A stretch of 33,125 bases of DNA from a virus (taxonomy: Duplodnaviria > Heunggongvirae > Uroviricota > Caudoviricetes), in the IMG/VR virus record IMGVR_UViG_2718218402_000003; one strand, given 5' to 3'. The notes beneath the pieces are model-generated. The model was given only the letters and a program-made list of their open reading frames with translations, was not told the origin of the DNA and did not search any database. Positions 20,963 to 29,905 of this stretch are shown one piece after another. Every line of letters starts with the position of its first letter. The first letter of the stretch is position 1. The translations under genes and the position numbers were made by a program.

Positions 20963-21361
20963 TGATATCCCTTCCCAATCTTCACCGAGAGAGCTGGCTT
21001 TCGGAGTTAATCAAACAAAATCATGCAGATAAAATTTCGCCTTATTATAGCAGACACAACTGCAAAGATTAGCTAAAGCCTCGTTGTTTTCTTCATCTAT
21101 CCCTATAATTTTACACTACAGTTAGCACTTACTATACCTGAAAGCTTTGCTCGTAAAGAGCACAATCGCAAGTCAGCAAAGCACGACTTTGCAATCGAGC
21201 GCCGCTAAAACAGTGCTGAATCGCTACGACTTAGGCAGCCATCTTATCGGTTGGCAGATAATTTCTAACTTCCGCTTCTGGCACAAAGCGGACAACCACG
21301 ATAGCTCTATCCTGTGCCACAAAATGTCAATTCACATCTTAACTAATGCATTTTAATCTCG

Positions 21362-21784
21362 TCACTTTAATAAATACCGAACATTCCCCTGATAAAACGA
21401 CAATATGCGCTGCATAACTTCGCTTTTACGACACTCAGTACAAATTATATTATGATGCCTGTCGTAACGACGTATTTCTCCATCAGGTAATGACCAGATA
21501 AGGTCCGGATCAACCGCAGATGGTTTCTTCAGCTTTGCCCTTGAGAGCTTTTTACGGGCATTTTGCCAGTCCTTACGCGCCTGTTCAGACGGGAATAACC
21601 CGTAACCAGAATTGTATACATCACCGCTGGCAACCAGCTCTCTCGCGAGAACGCTCATCAGATATCTTGTCGCACCTGTCTTGACTTCCAGTTGTCGTAA
21701 CGTCTCACGCCCACTCTGGCGTACGAGTTCAACAACCTGCCCTTTAATTTTTTCTCGCTCTTCTTGTGTAAAAACTTTTGCCAC
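21362..21784 (-). CDS. Hypothetical phage protein (140 aa)
   Basis: ORF downstream of the replication gene on the minus strand; basic C-terminus; no family recognised. Confidence 0.4.
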   Translation of the reverse strand: MAKVFTQEEREKIKGQVVELVRQSGRETLRQLEVKTGATRYLMSVLARELVASGDVYNSGYGLFPSEQARKDWQNARKKLSRAKLKKPSAVDPDLIWSLPDGEIRRYDRHHNIICTECRKSEVMQRILSFYQGNVRYLLK

Positions 21785-21824
21785 AAGACCTCCTGAAAAT
21801 TACCTCATGACCAGAAATTAACAC

Positions 21825-22814
21825 TTACCCCCTGAAGCCCGGCGGAATTTCGGTATCCGGCTCAGAAATATGATTCACACAACGCTGTACAGACGAACGC
21901 CCCAGGCGGATAACCAGTTCATCCCATTTTTCGCGAAGCTTTGACGGACTCATGATATTTTTTACCCAGAATGGATCCCGCTGCACCCGACCAAACATTT
22001 CACAAATTTGTCTGTGAGTTCTGCCATCCAGCATCCGCATTGTGCGCACGTCGTTGGCCCATGCGGTCCAGTTGGGTTCTTTCGGTCGCGAAATCTCGCC
22101 ATCATCGCTGGCGGCCTGCTCGTAAAGACTCACGATTCGCCCCCAGATCCACTGCGCACACGCCAAATCTTCCTGGCTGCCCCACTGGCGTTTTTTCGCA
22201 CTGAACACAACCGCGTCAGGGTGTCGGGTTAAAAAATCCTGTTCAACCGTCTGCGGGTCCGGTTGCGAAGCTTCCGGACGAGAAGTCTTTTTATTCTCTG
22301 TAGTAATCTCTGTTGTATTCTCTGTAGTAATCTCTGTTGTATTCTCTGTAAGATCATCAGGCCATTTTGACCCGATGACATTGAGTCGTTTTGAACCAAT
22401 GGAGCGTTTCATTTTGACCTCTTCCATCGTGTCATTTTGACCTGATGGAGCGGCGCATTTTAAACCGATGGATTCGCTCAATTTGCCACCATCTAAAAGC
22501 TCGCTCCCGTAGTTGATCGTGTAGAAATTGGTCATATCGCGCTTTGATTTATTGAGCTTTTCACAACGCAAAAGCCCCAGCGTTTTCAGACTTGCAAACG
22601 CGCGCTTTAACGTTGACTCTGACCAGAATGGGAACTGTTCCAGCCATTGTTCCGTTGTGTTATAAATCCAGCGAACACCATCACATTCCATGCCGGAGTT
22701 GGTATCTCTCAACCAGTAGTGCAGTTGTTGCAAAACAATGGCTTCGTTTAAGCCAATTTTCATTGCCAGCTGCGTGTTTATAACCAGTGGGCGTTCAGCA
22801 AAAAGAAGACTCAT
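21825..22814 (-). CDS. Phage replication initiation protein (replisome-organiser-like) with internal ori iterons
   Basis: HTH-like N-terminal domain (LAMKIGLNEAIVLQQLHYWL); tandem DNA repeats inside the ORF; position downstream of cro-like and cII-position genes. Start taken at the internal ATG 22814 to avoid overlapping the YdaT-like gene. Confidence 0.5.
   Translation of the reverse strand: MSLLFAERPLVINTQLAMKIGLNEAIVLQQLHYWLRDTNSGMECDGVRWIYNTTEQWLEQFPFWSESTLKRAFASLKTLGLLRCEKLNKSKRDMTNFYTINYGSELLDGGKLSESIGLKCAAPSGQNDTMEEVKMKRSIGSKRLNVIGSKWPDDLTENTTEITTENTTEITTENKKTSRPEASQPDPQTVEQDFLTRHPDAVVFSAKKRQWGSQEDLACAQWIWGRIVSLYEQAASDDGEISRPKEPNWTAWANDVRTMRMLDGRTHRQICEMFGRVQRDPFWVKNIMSPSKLREKWDELVIRLGRSSVQRCVNHISEPDTEIPPGFRG
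22293..22494. repeat. Iteron-like direct-repeat array (candidate origin of replication) within the replication gene
   Basis: 2.4 copies of the 24-bp unit ATTCTCTGTAGTAATCTCTGTTGT (22293-22351), then about 6 degenerate CATTTTGACC-N-GATGG-like repeats at roughly 23-24-bp spacing (22363-22494). Confidence 0.6.
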
Positions 22815-23316
22815 AATTCCATCCAGCTTTTTGTTGGTATTGCTGTCGATACGCAAGCTTGAAAGCAATTGCTTTTTCTATAAGTTCGTCAGTTTCACGA
22901 TCTACAACGGCAGGATCTGCAAAAAGCAGTCCGGATTCCACCACATCGCCATATTCTTTATTTAACCCGGCGATCATGTACGTAATACTTTTTCCATCAC
23001 TGATCTCACGATACAACCTGAAATCACTAATCCGGATAGCCTCCATAATCGCAGGCACTAGCGCCGTGAACTTTTCACGCTTATCCCTGGTGTCGATAGC
23101 CTTCCAGCGTTCGAATATCTTCACTCGATTAACGCCAAGCGCTCGCTGATCAACCGCGCCACCTTCATCTGTGACACGCTGAACATCGATGTTCGGGCGC
23201 TCTTTCAAAGCCCAGAATGCTTCAGTGATTAATATCGTCGCCTGCTCCTGTGTCATTCCTGGTCGACATATCCAGGCATCCAGAGCCTCACGAGCCTGTT
23301 CAGGAGTGATTTTCAT
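22795..23316 (-). CDS. YdaT-like protein (cII-position gene of Rac/Qin-type prophages)
   Basis: 173-aa ORF directly downstream of the cro-like dicC; pattern resembles Rac YdaT as recalled. Confidence 0.5.
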   Translation of the reverse strand: MKITPEQAREALDAWICRPGMTQEQATILITEAFWALKERPNIDVQRVTDEGGAVDQRALGVNRVKIFERWKAIDTRDKREKFTALVPAIMEAIRISDFRLYREISDGKSITYMIAGLNKEYGDVVESGLLFADPAVVDRETDELIEKAIAFKLAYRQQYQQKAGWNYESSFC

Positions 23317-23530
23317 TGTTCAACCGCCCCGCCCGCTTCGTCTTACGATATTCATCATAAACTTTGGGATCATACTGAAGCTCCCCGCCAGATGCCTCCT
23401 GTAGACGCATCGCGCGACCTTCGGGAACTAAATCCCCTTTCCAGCTATAAAGCGAAGCCAAACGAATACCTGCTGCTTGTGCAAGTTTTGTTTTTGAACC
23501 GAAATACAAAAGAGCGTCAGTTTTAAGCAT
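23300..23530 (-). CDS. dicC: Cro-like repressor DicC
   Basis: 76 aa MLKTDALLYFGSKTKLAQAAGI...; divergent from dicA. Confidence 0.85.
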   Translation of the reverse strand: MLKTDALLYFGSKTKLAQAAGIRLASLYSWKGDLVPEGRAMRLQEASGGELQYDPKVYDEYRKTKRAGRLNNENHS

Positions 23531-23544
23531 TTAAAACACCTTTA

Positions 23545-23564
23545 TTGTTAGTCATGACTAACAA
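23545..23564. promoter_or_regulatory. Perfect 20-bp palindrome TTGTTAGTCATGACTAACAA in the dicC-dicA divergent region (candidate operator)
   Basis: Exact dyad symmetry read from sequence; a related TTAGC-N4-GCTAA element lies at 23598-23611. Confidence 0.5.
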
Positions 23565-23613
23565 AATAGATGTTAACAAAAACATAGTCAATACGATTTA
23601 GCATTAGCTAACT

Positions 23614-24021
23614 ATGGAAACAAAAAATTTAACTATCGGCGAACGCATTAGGTATCGTCGGAAAAACCTCAAACACACCCAAAGGTCTCTTGCTAAAGCC
23701 CTGAAAATCTCCCATGTGTCTGTATCACAATGGGAACGGGATGATAGTGAACCTACAGGGAAGAACCTTTTTGCCCTCAGCAAAGTATTGCAATGCTCAC
23801 CAACATGGATTCTATTTGGCGATGAAGACAAGCAACCAACACCACCTGTTGAGAAGCCAGTTGCCTTATCCCCCAAAGAACTAGAGCTCCTTGAGCTGTT
23901 TAATGCACTGCCAGAATCAGAACAGGATACCCAGCTCGCCGAAATGCGAGCTCGAGTAAAAAACTTCAATAAACTCTTTGAAGAATTACTAAAAGCCCGT
24001 CAGCGGACAAATAAAAGATAA
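23614..24021 (+). CDS. dicA: cI-like immunity repressor DicA (XRE-family HTH)
   Basis: 135 aa METKNLTIGERIRYRRKNLKHTQRSLAKALKISHVSVSQWER...; matches DicA as recalled. Confidence 0.9.
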   Translation: METKNLTIGERIRYRRKNLKHTQRSLAKALKISHVSVSQWERDDSEPTGKNLFALSKVLQCSPTWILFGDEDKQPTPPVEKPVALSPKELELLELFNALPESEQDTQLAEMRARVKNFNKLFEELLKARQRTNKR

Positions 24022-24093
24022 CATCATCAATGAGTTATCTTTTACCACATCAATCATGTTAGCAATAACATACAAAATCACTTGACCTATATG

Positions 24094-24107
24094 TTAGCCA
24101 TGGCTAA
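24094..24107. promoter_or_regulatory. Palindrome TTAGCCATGGCTAA upstream of ydfA (candidate DicA operator at the dicB-operon promoter)
   Basis: Same TTAG-CATG-CTAA architecture as the core of the 23545 palindrome; imperfect dyad ATGTTA-N4-TAACAT at 24056-24071. Confidence 0.4.
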
Positions 24108-24187
24108 TCTTATTTGCATCAACACACCGCACGGTGTTCTCAGCAAACAGTTCCGCTACCCCGGCGTTAAGGGGAAATGAGGTCAAC

Positions 24188-24343
24188 ATGGATACTATCG
24201 ATCTTGGCAACAGCGAATCTCTGGTATGTGGCGTGTTCCCCAACCAGGACGGTACGTTCACCGCGATGACGTATACCAAAAGCAAAACGTTTAAAACCGA
24301 ATCTGGAGCGCGTCGCTGGCTGGAAAGAAATTCAGGTGGGTGA
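24188..24343 (+). CDS. ydfA: YdfA-like small protein (DUF1391)
   Basis: 51 aa MDTIDLGNSESLVCGVFPNQDG...; ATG at 24188 inside the track ORF. Confidence 0.7.
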   Translation: MDTIDLGNSESLVCGVFPNQDGTFTAMTYTKSKTFKTESGARRWLERNSGG

Positions 24344-24344
24344 T

Positions 24345-24473
24345 ATGGATTTCGACACAATCATGGAAAAGGCTTACGAAGAATACTTCGAAGGTCTTGC
24401 CGAAGGCGAAGAAGCTCTCAGCTTCAGCGAATTTAAACAGGCACTTTCCAGTTCGGCAAAATCTAACGGCTGA
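24345..24473 (+). CDS. ydfB: YdfB-like small protein (42 aa)
   Basis: Hand translation: MDFDTIMEKAYEEYFEGLAEGEEALSFSEFKQALSSSAKSNG; below the track length cutoff. Confidence 0.6.
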   Translation: MDFDTIMEKAYEEYFEGLAEGEEALSFSEFKQALSSSAKSNG

Positions 24474-24502
24474 TAAGCGAAACAGCACCGCGAGGAATCA
24501 GT

Positions 24503-24721
24503 ATGCAGAAACGAGAACCCGTCATCATCGCGCCAGACTATACCGATGATGAACTTTATGAGTGGATGCGCCAGAAAATTAATGCAGCGCAGGATCTGAA
24601 ATGGGCCAATGAAGCCAGGGCTAAGCAGGCTGAAAATCTGTCCGCTCTGGAGCAGGATATCACTAATCTGGAAAAAGCAGCGACATTAAGCATTGCCAGA
24701 ATGATTACATACCCGCGTTAA
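24503..24721 (+). CDS. ydfC: YdfC-like protein
   Basis: 72-aa ORF in the conserved position before dicF. Confidence 0.7.
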   Translation: MQKREPVIIAPDYTDDELYEWMRQKINAAQDLKWANEARAKQAENLSALEQDITNLEKAATLSIARMITYPR

Positions 24722-25061
24722 TAGCTAACCAACGAAGCTAAGGTTGGTAATTAAGGAGTTCTCCACGGATGAGGTGGAGTGCGTGCGCCGGACACGGGTG
24801 AGCATCCGGCACTGACAGTTTACTGAAAGGATATTTCCCTGAAAAGTCAGACCATAACGCGAAAGCGCACGGCGAGGTAGCTGGTTCATAGATAGCCTGT
24901 CGTTAAATTTTCGTCGACCGTGCGCTTCCGGTTGTGGCAATCCGCGAAATGGCGCGGCGGTAAGTATGGCGGGGTTATTCCTTCCCCGTTGAGGACACCG
25001 GGTTGTCAGGTTGACCATACGCTTAAGTGACAACCCCGCTGCAACGCCCTCTGTTATCAAT

Positions 25062-25124
25062 TTTCTGGTGACGTTTGGCGGTATCAGTTTTACTCCGTGA
25101 CTGCTCTGCCGCCCTTTTTAAAGT
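25062..25124 (+). ncRNA. dicF: DicF small regulatory RNA (ftsZ-targeting) with intrinsic terminator
   Basis: TTTCTGGTGACGTTTGGCGGTATCAGTTTTACTCCGTGACTGCTCTGCCGCCC followed by TTTTT; matches DicF as recalled; between ydfC and dicB. Confidence 0.8.
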
Positions 25125-25288
25125 GAATTTTGTGATGCGGTGAATGCGGCTGAGCGCACGCGGAACAGTTAAAACCAAAAACAGTGTTATGGGTGGATTC
25201 TCTGTATCCGGCGTTAATTGTTAACTGGTTAACGTCACCTGGAGGCACCAGGCACTGCATCACAAAATTCATTGTTGAGGACGCGATA

Positions 25289-25477
25289 ATGAAAACGTTA
25301 TTACCAAACGTTAATACGTCTGAAGGTTGTTTTGAAATTGGTGTCACTATCAGTAACCCAGTATTTACTGAAGATGCCATTAACAAGAGAAAACAAGAAC
25401 GGGAGCTATTAAATAAAATATGCATTGTTTCAATGCTGGCTCGTTTACGTCTGATGCCAAAAGGATGTGCACAATGA
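25289..25477 (+). CDS. dicB: Cell-division inhibitor DicB
   Basis: 62 aa MKTLLPNVNTSEGCFEIGVTISNPVF...; ATG at 25289 within the track ORF. Confidence 0.85.
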   Translation: MKTLLPNVNTSEGCFEIGVTISNPVFTEDAINKRKQERELLNKICIVSMLARLRLMPKGCAQ

Positions 25478-25665
25478 ATTCAGCATTTGTGCTTGTTCTG
25501 ACAGTTTTTCTTGTTTCCGGAGAGCCAGTTGATATTGCAGTCAGTGTTCACAGGACAATGCAGTAGTGTATGACTGCAGCAACCGAACAGAAAATTCCCG
25601 GTAACTGTTACCCGGTCGATAAAGTTATTCACCAGGATAATATCGAAATCCCGGCAGGTCTTTAA
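25474..25665 (+). pseudogene. ydfD: ydfD-like lysis gene with in-frame TAG at codon 31
   Basis: MNSAFVLVLTVFLVSGEPVDIAVSVHRTMQ-TAG(25564-25566)-CMTAATEQKIPGNCYPVDKVIHQDNIEIPAGL; overlaps the dicB stop (ATGA). Confidence 0.55.
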
Positions 25666-27116
25666 AACAGTTCCGTAATAAATATCCGGTTTCATTCTTA
25701 TATGCCAGCAATGGCAGGGATTTGTTCATCCTTAAATCTGTCATGAGGTTAAAACAAATGAGTAAAGTCTTTATTTGCGCCGCTATTCCTGACGAACTGG
25801 CAACAAGGGAAGAAGGCGCTGTGGCTGTAGCCACAGCCATTGAAGCTGGCGACGAACGCCGTGCTCGAGCAAAATTTCACTGGCAATTCCTGGAACATTA
25901 TCCGGCTGCTCAGGACTGCGCTTATAAATTTATTGTCTGCGAGGATAAACCTGGCATACCCCGCCCTGCCCTCGATTCATGGGATGCTGAATATATGCAG
26001 GAAAACCGCTGGGATGAGGAGTCTGCTTCTTTTGTCCCGGTTGAGACTGAATCCGATCCGATGAACGTCACTTTTGACAAGCTGGCCCCTGAAGTACAGA
26101 ACGCTGTCATGGTTAAGTTCGACACATGTGAAAAAATCACCGTTGATATGGTTATTAGCGCACAGGAATTGTTGCAGGAAGACATGGCAACATTCGACGG
26201 ACATATCGTTGAAGCGTTGATGAAAATGCCAGAAGTTAACGCCATGTATCCGGAGCTTAAGTTGCACGCCATTGGGTGGGTTAAGCATAAATGTATTCCT
26301 GGTGCTAAATGGCCCGAAATTCAGGCAGAGATGCGCATCTGGAAAAAACGTCGCGAAGGTGAACGCAAGGAAACCGGAAAATACACGTCTGTTGTTGATC
26401 TCGCCCGCGCCAGAGCCAATCAACAGTACACTGAAAATTCAACAGGAAAAATCAGCCCGGTCATTGCTGCCATTCATCGCGAATACAAGCAGACATGGAA
26501 AACACTGGATGACGAACTGGCCTACGCTCTCTGGCCTGGTGATGTGGATGCTGGAAACATTGACGGCAGCATCCATCGCTGGGCAAAAAAAGAAGTTATC
26601 GACAACGACCGCGAAGACTGGAAGCGTATCTCGGCATCAATGCGCAAACAGCCTGATGCCCTTCGCTACGACCGCCAAACTATTTTTGGCCTTGTCCGTG
26701 AGCGTCCGATCGACATTCACAAAGATCCCGTAGCACTGAACAAATATATCTGCGAATACCTGACGACAAAGGGCGTGTTTGAGAATGAAGAAACAGACCT
26801 GAGCACTGTTGATGTTCTCCAGTCATCAGAAACACAAACTGATGCAGTGGAAACTGAGGTATCTGATATCCCAAAAAATGAAACCGCGCCGGAAGCTGAA
26901 CCATCTGTAGAGCGTGAGGGGCCGTTCTATTTCCTCTTCGCAGATAAGGACGGAGAAAAATACGGTCGCGCAAACAAACTTTCTGGTCTGGATAAGGCAC
27001 TGGCTGCTGGCGCCACTGAAATCACAAAAGAAGAATATTTTGCCCGAAAAAATGGCACATACTGAACCGCCCCGGGAATCCTGGAGACTAAACTCCCTGA
27101 GAAAGAGGTAAACAGG

Positions 27117-27443
27117 ATGACTAAAAATACACGTTTTTCCCCCGAGGTCCGTCAACGGGCAGTTCGTATGGTTCTGGAAAGTCAGGGCGAATATGACTCA
27201 CAATGGGCGGCAATTTGTTCCATTGCCCCAAAGATTGGCTGTACGCCAGAGACTCTGCGAGTGTGGGTTCGTCAGCATGAACGGGATACCAGGAGTGGTG
27301 ATAGTGGACTCACCACCGCTGAACGTCAGCGTCTGAAAGAGCTGGAACGTGAAAATCGTGAACTGCGCCGCAGTAACGATATCCTTCGCCAGGCTTCCGC
27401 TTATTTTGCGAAGGCGGAGTTCGACCGCCTCTGGAAAAAATAA
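27117..27443 (+). CDS. IS629-like OrfA
   Basis: 108 aa [22 protein letters not shown]... Confidence 0.85.
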   Translation: MTKNTRFSPEVRQRAVRMVLESQGEYDSQWAAICSIAPKIGCTPETLRVWVRQHERDTRSGDSGLTTAERQRLKELERENRELRRSNDILRQASAYFAKAEFDRLWKK

Positions 27444-28330
27444 TGCCACTGCTGGATAAGCTGCGTGAGCAGTACGGGGTCGGACCGGTATGCAGTGAAC
27501 TGCATATTGCCCCGTCAACGTATTACCACTGTCAGCAACAGCGACATCATCCTGATAAACGTAGTGCCCGTGCGCAGCGCGATGACTGGCTGAAGAGAGA
27601 GATACAGCGCGTATACGATGAAAATCATCAGGTGTACGGTGTGCGTAAAGTCTGGCGCCAGTTGTTACGCGAAGGTATCAGGGTGGCCAGATGTACAGTG
27701 GCGCGCCTCATGGCGGTTATGGGACTTGCCGGTGTTCTCCGGGGTAAAAAGGTCCGTACTACCGTCAGCCGGAAAGCCGTTTCCGCAGGCGACCGCGTAA
27801 ACCGTCAGTTCGTGGCAGAACGTCCTGACCAGCTGTGGGTGGCTGATTTTACTTACGTCAGCACATGGCAGGGCTTCGTCTATGTGGCGTTCATCATTGA
27901 TGTGTTTGCCGGATGCATCGTGGGGTGGCGAGTCTCATCGTCTATGGAAACGACATTCGTGCTGGATGCACTGGAGCAGGCGTTGTGGGCCCGTCGGCCG
28001 TCCGGCACAGTCCATCACAGTGATAAAGGTTCTCAGTATGTATCACTGGCCTATACGGAGCGACTAAAAGAAGCAAAACTGCTGGCATCAACAGGGAGTA
28101 CAGGTGACTCGTATGACAACGCGATGGCGGAGAGCATCAATGGTCTTTACAAAGCGGAGGTAATACACCGTAAGAGCTGGAAAAACCGTGCAGAAGTGGA
28201 ACTGGCCACACTCACGTGGGTGGACTGGTATAACAATCGACGATTGCTGGGAAGGCTGGGTCATATCCCTCCGGCAGAAGCAGAAAAAGCTTATTATGCT
28301 TCCATCAGAAACGATGATCTGGCAGCCTGA
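27443..28330 (+). CDS. IS629-like OrfB transposase (DDE)
   Basis: 295 aa in the -1 frame relative to orfA (TAATG overlap). Confidence 0.9.
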   Translation: MPLLDKLREQYGVGPVCSELHIAPSTYYHCQQQRHHPDKRSARAQRDDWLKREIQRVYDENHQVYGVRKVWRQLLREGIRVARCTVARLMAVMGLAGVLRGKKVRTTVSRKAVSAGDRVNRQFVAERPDQLWVADFTYVSTWQGFVYVAFIIDVFAGCIVGWRVSSSMETTFVLDALEQALWARRPSGTVHHSDKGSQYVSLAYTERLKEAKLLASTGSTGDSYDNAMAESINGLYKAEVIHRKSWKNRAEVELATLTWVDWYNNRRLLGRLGHIPPAEAEKAYYASIRNDDLAA

Positions 28331-29614
28331 GTTCACAGATAAAACACTCTCCAGGAAAACCGGGGCGGTTCATACACGGGCTTACCGCAAAATGTAGATA
28401 CCGCTGAAGATTCAGAACAACCAGAGCCGATAAAAGTTACCGCTGACGAAGTAAACAAAATTATGCAGGCAGCCAATATCAGCCAGCCTGACGCCGATAA
28501 GTTGCTTGCTGCATCACGTGGTGAATTTGTTGAAGGGATTAGTGACCCGAATGATCCGAAATGGGTTAAGGGGATCCAGACCCGCGATTCTGTGAACCAG
28601 AACCAGCATGAATCGGAACGGAACTACCAAAAAGCGGAACAAAACAGTCCAAATGCGTTACAAAACGAGCCAGAAACGAAACAGCCTGAACCAGTGGCGC
28701 AACAGGAAGTGGAAAAAGTCTGCACCGCCTGCGGTCAGACCGGCGGCGGCAACTGCCCTGATTGTGGCGCGGTGATGGGCGACGCAACATACCAAGAAAC
28801 ATTCGATGAAGAGTATCAGGTTGAAGTTCAGGAAGATGATCCGGAGGAAATGGAAGGCGCTGAACATCCACACAAGGAGAACACTGGCGGCAATCAGCAT
28901 CACAATAGCGATAATGAAACTGGCGAGACGGCAGATCACCCAATTAAGGTGAACGGTCATCACGAAATCACATCCACCAGCAGGACGTGTGACCATCTAA
29001 TGATCGACCTTGAAACCATGGGAAAAAATCCTGATGCCCCGATCATCTCAATAGGTGCAATATTTTTCGATCCGCAAACCGGAGATATGGGACCGGAATT
29101 TAGTAAGACTATCGATCTGGAAACTGCTGGCGGAGTCATTGATCGGGACACCATTAAATGGTGGCTTAAGCAATCACGCGAAGCGCAATCTGCCATTATG
29201 ACCGATGAAATCCCGTTAGATGATGCACTGTTACAATTGCGGGAATTTATCGACGAAAACTCCGGTAAATTTTTTGTTCAGGTTTGGGGAAATGGAGCCA
29301 ACTTCGACAACACGATTTTGCGCCGTTCATACGAACGGCAGGGGATCCCCTGCCCGTGGCGTTACTACAACGATCGCGATGTACGCACAATCGTTGAGCT
29401 GGGGAAAGCCATAGACTTCGATGCCAGAACGGCTATTCCATTCGAAGGTGAGCGCCATAATGCACTTGATGACGCCCGTTACCAGGCAAAATACGTTTCA
29501 GTTATCTGGCAAAAACTGATCCCGAGTCAGGCTGATTCTTAATGTTCAACTGTCGCCGGTTGTGACTGGTATTCTGCAACCGGCGCTCGTCTGATGTAAG
29601 AGATAAAGAAATCG

Positions 29615-29905
29615 ATGAGCGAAGTAATCATGATTGTCTCTCCCGGCAAATGGGTATCCGAAGAGCAGTTAATTGCGCTGAAAGGAATAAAAAAAGGTAC
29701 GTTAAAAAAGGCCCGGGAAAAATCGTTTATGGAAGGAAGGGAATATAAGCATGTCGCTCATGACGGTATGCCATGGGATAACAGTCCATGCTTTTACAAC
29801 CTGGAAGAAATTGATCGCTGGATTGAGCGCCAGGCATCAGCGAGACCAAGAGTAACCGGCTCATTTAAACCGTCTGGTCTGTTTCCTCCGGCTCTACAAA
29901 AATAA
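29615..29905 (+). CDS. Excisionase-like protein (putative Xis)
   Basis: 96-aa ORF between the exonuclease and int; assignment by position and size only; its 3' end abuts an IS remnant. Confidence 0.4.
   Translation: MSEVIMIVSPGKWVSEEQLIALKGIKKGTLKKAREKSFMEGREYKHVAHDGMPWDNSPCFYNLEEIDRWIERQASARPRVTGSFKPSGLFPPALQK

Larger units (their letters stand above)
27063..28372 (+). mobile_element. IS3-family IS629/IS3411-like element (1310 bp) with 3-bp TSD TAC
   Basis: Ends TGAACCGCCCCGGG... and ...CCGGGGCGGTTCA; TAC at 27060-27062 and 28373-28375. Confidence 0.85.
25758..29542 (+). pseudogene. ydfE: Prophage exonuclease gene (YdfE / exodeoxyribonuclease VIII-like, C-terminal DEDDh-type 3'-5' exonuclease domain) split by an IS629-like element
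   Basis: N-terminal part 25758-27062 and C-terminal part 28373-29542 are in the same frame once the IS and one TAC copy are removed; the IS terminal TGA provides the stop; C-terminal DLETMG and HNALDDA motifs. Confidence 0.65.

Noticed and set aside
21147-21356. 69-aa plus-strand ORF in the NTPase upstream region
   Set aside because: No RBS and no family; lies in the probable promoter/leader of the minus-strand NTPase gene. Kept only as a remote possibility of a small regulator.
22293-22494. Tandem repeats considered as a possible CRISPR array
   Set aside because: Repeats are contiguous (no unique spacers), sit inside a coding frame and have no palindromic repeat structure or leader; interpreted as replication iterons instead.
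24340-24549. 69-aa plus-strand track ORF
   Set aside because: Wrong frame; the 42-aa YdfB-like frame (24345-24473) fits the conserved ydfA-ydfB-ydfC arrangement and has an acidic plausible sequence.
24725-25060. 111-aa minus-strand ORF between ydfC and dicF
   Set aside because: Antisense to the dicB-operon transcript region that is processed to release DicF; no RBS; region expected to be non-coding.
28566-28996. Two overlapping minus-strand ORFs (125 and 112 aa)
   Set aside because: Antisense to the C-terminal exonuclease fragment, which has a clear domain signature.
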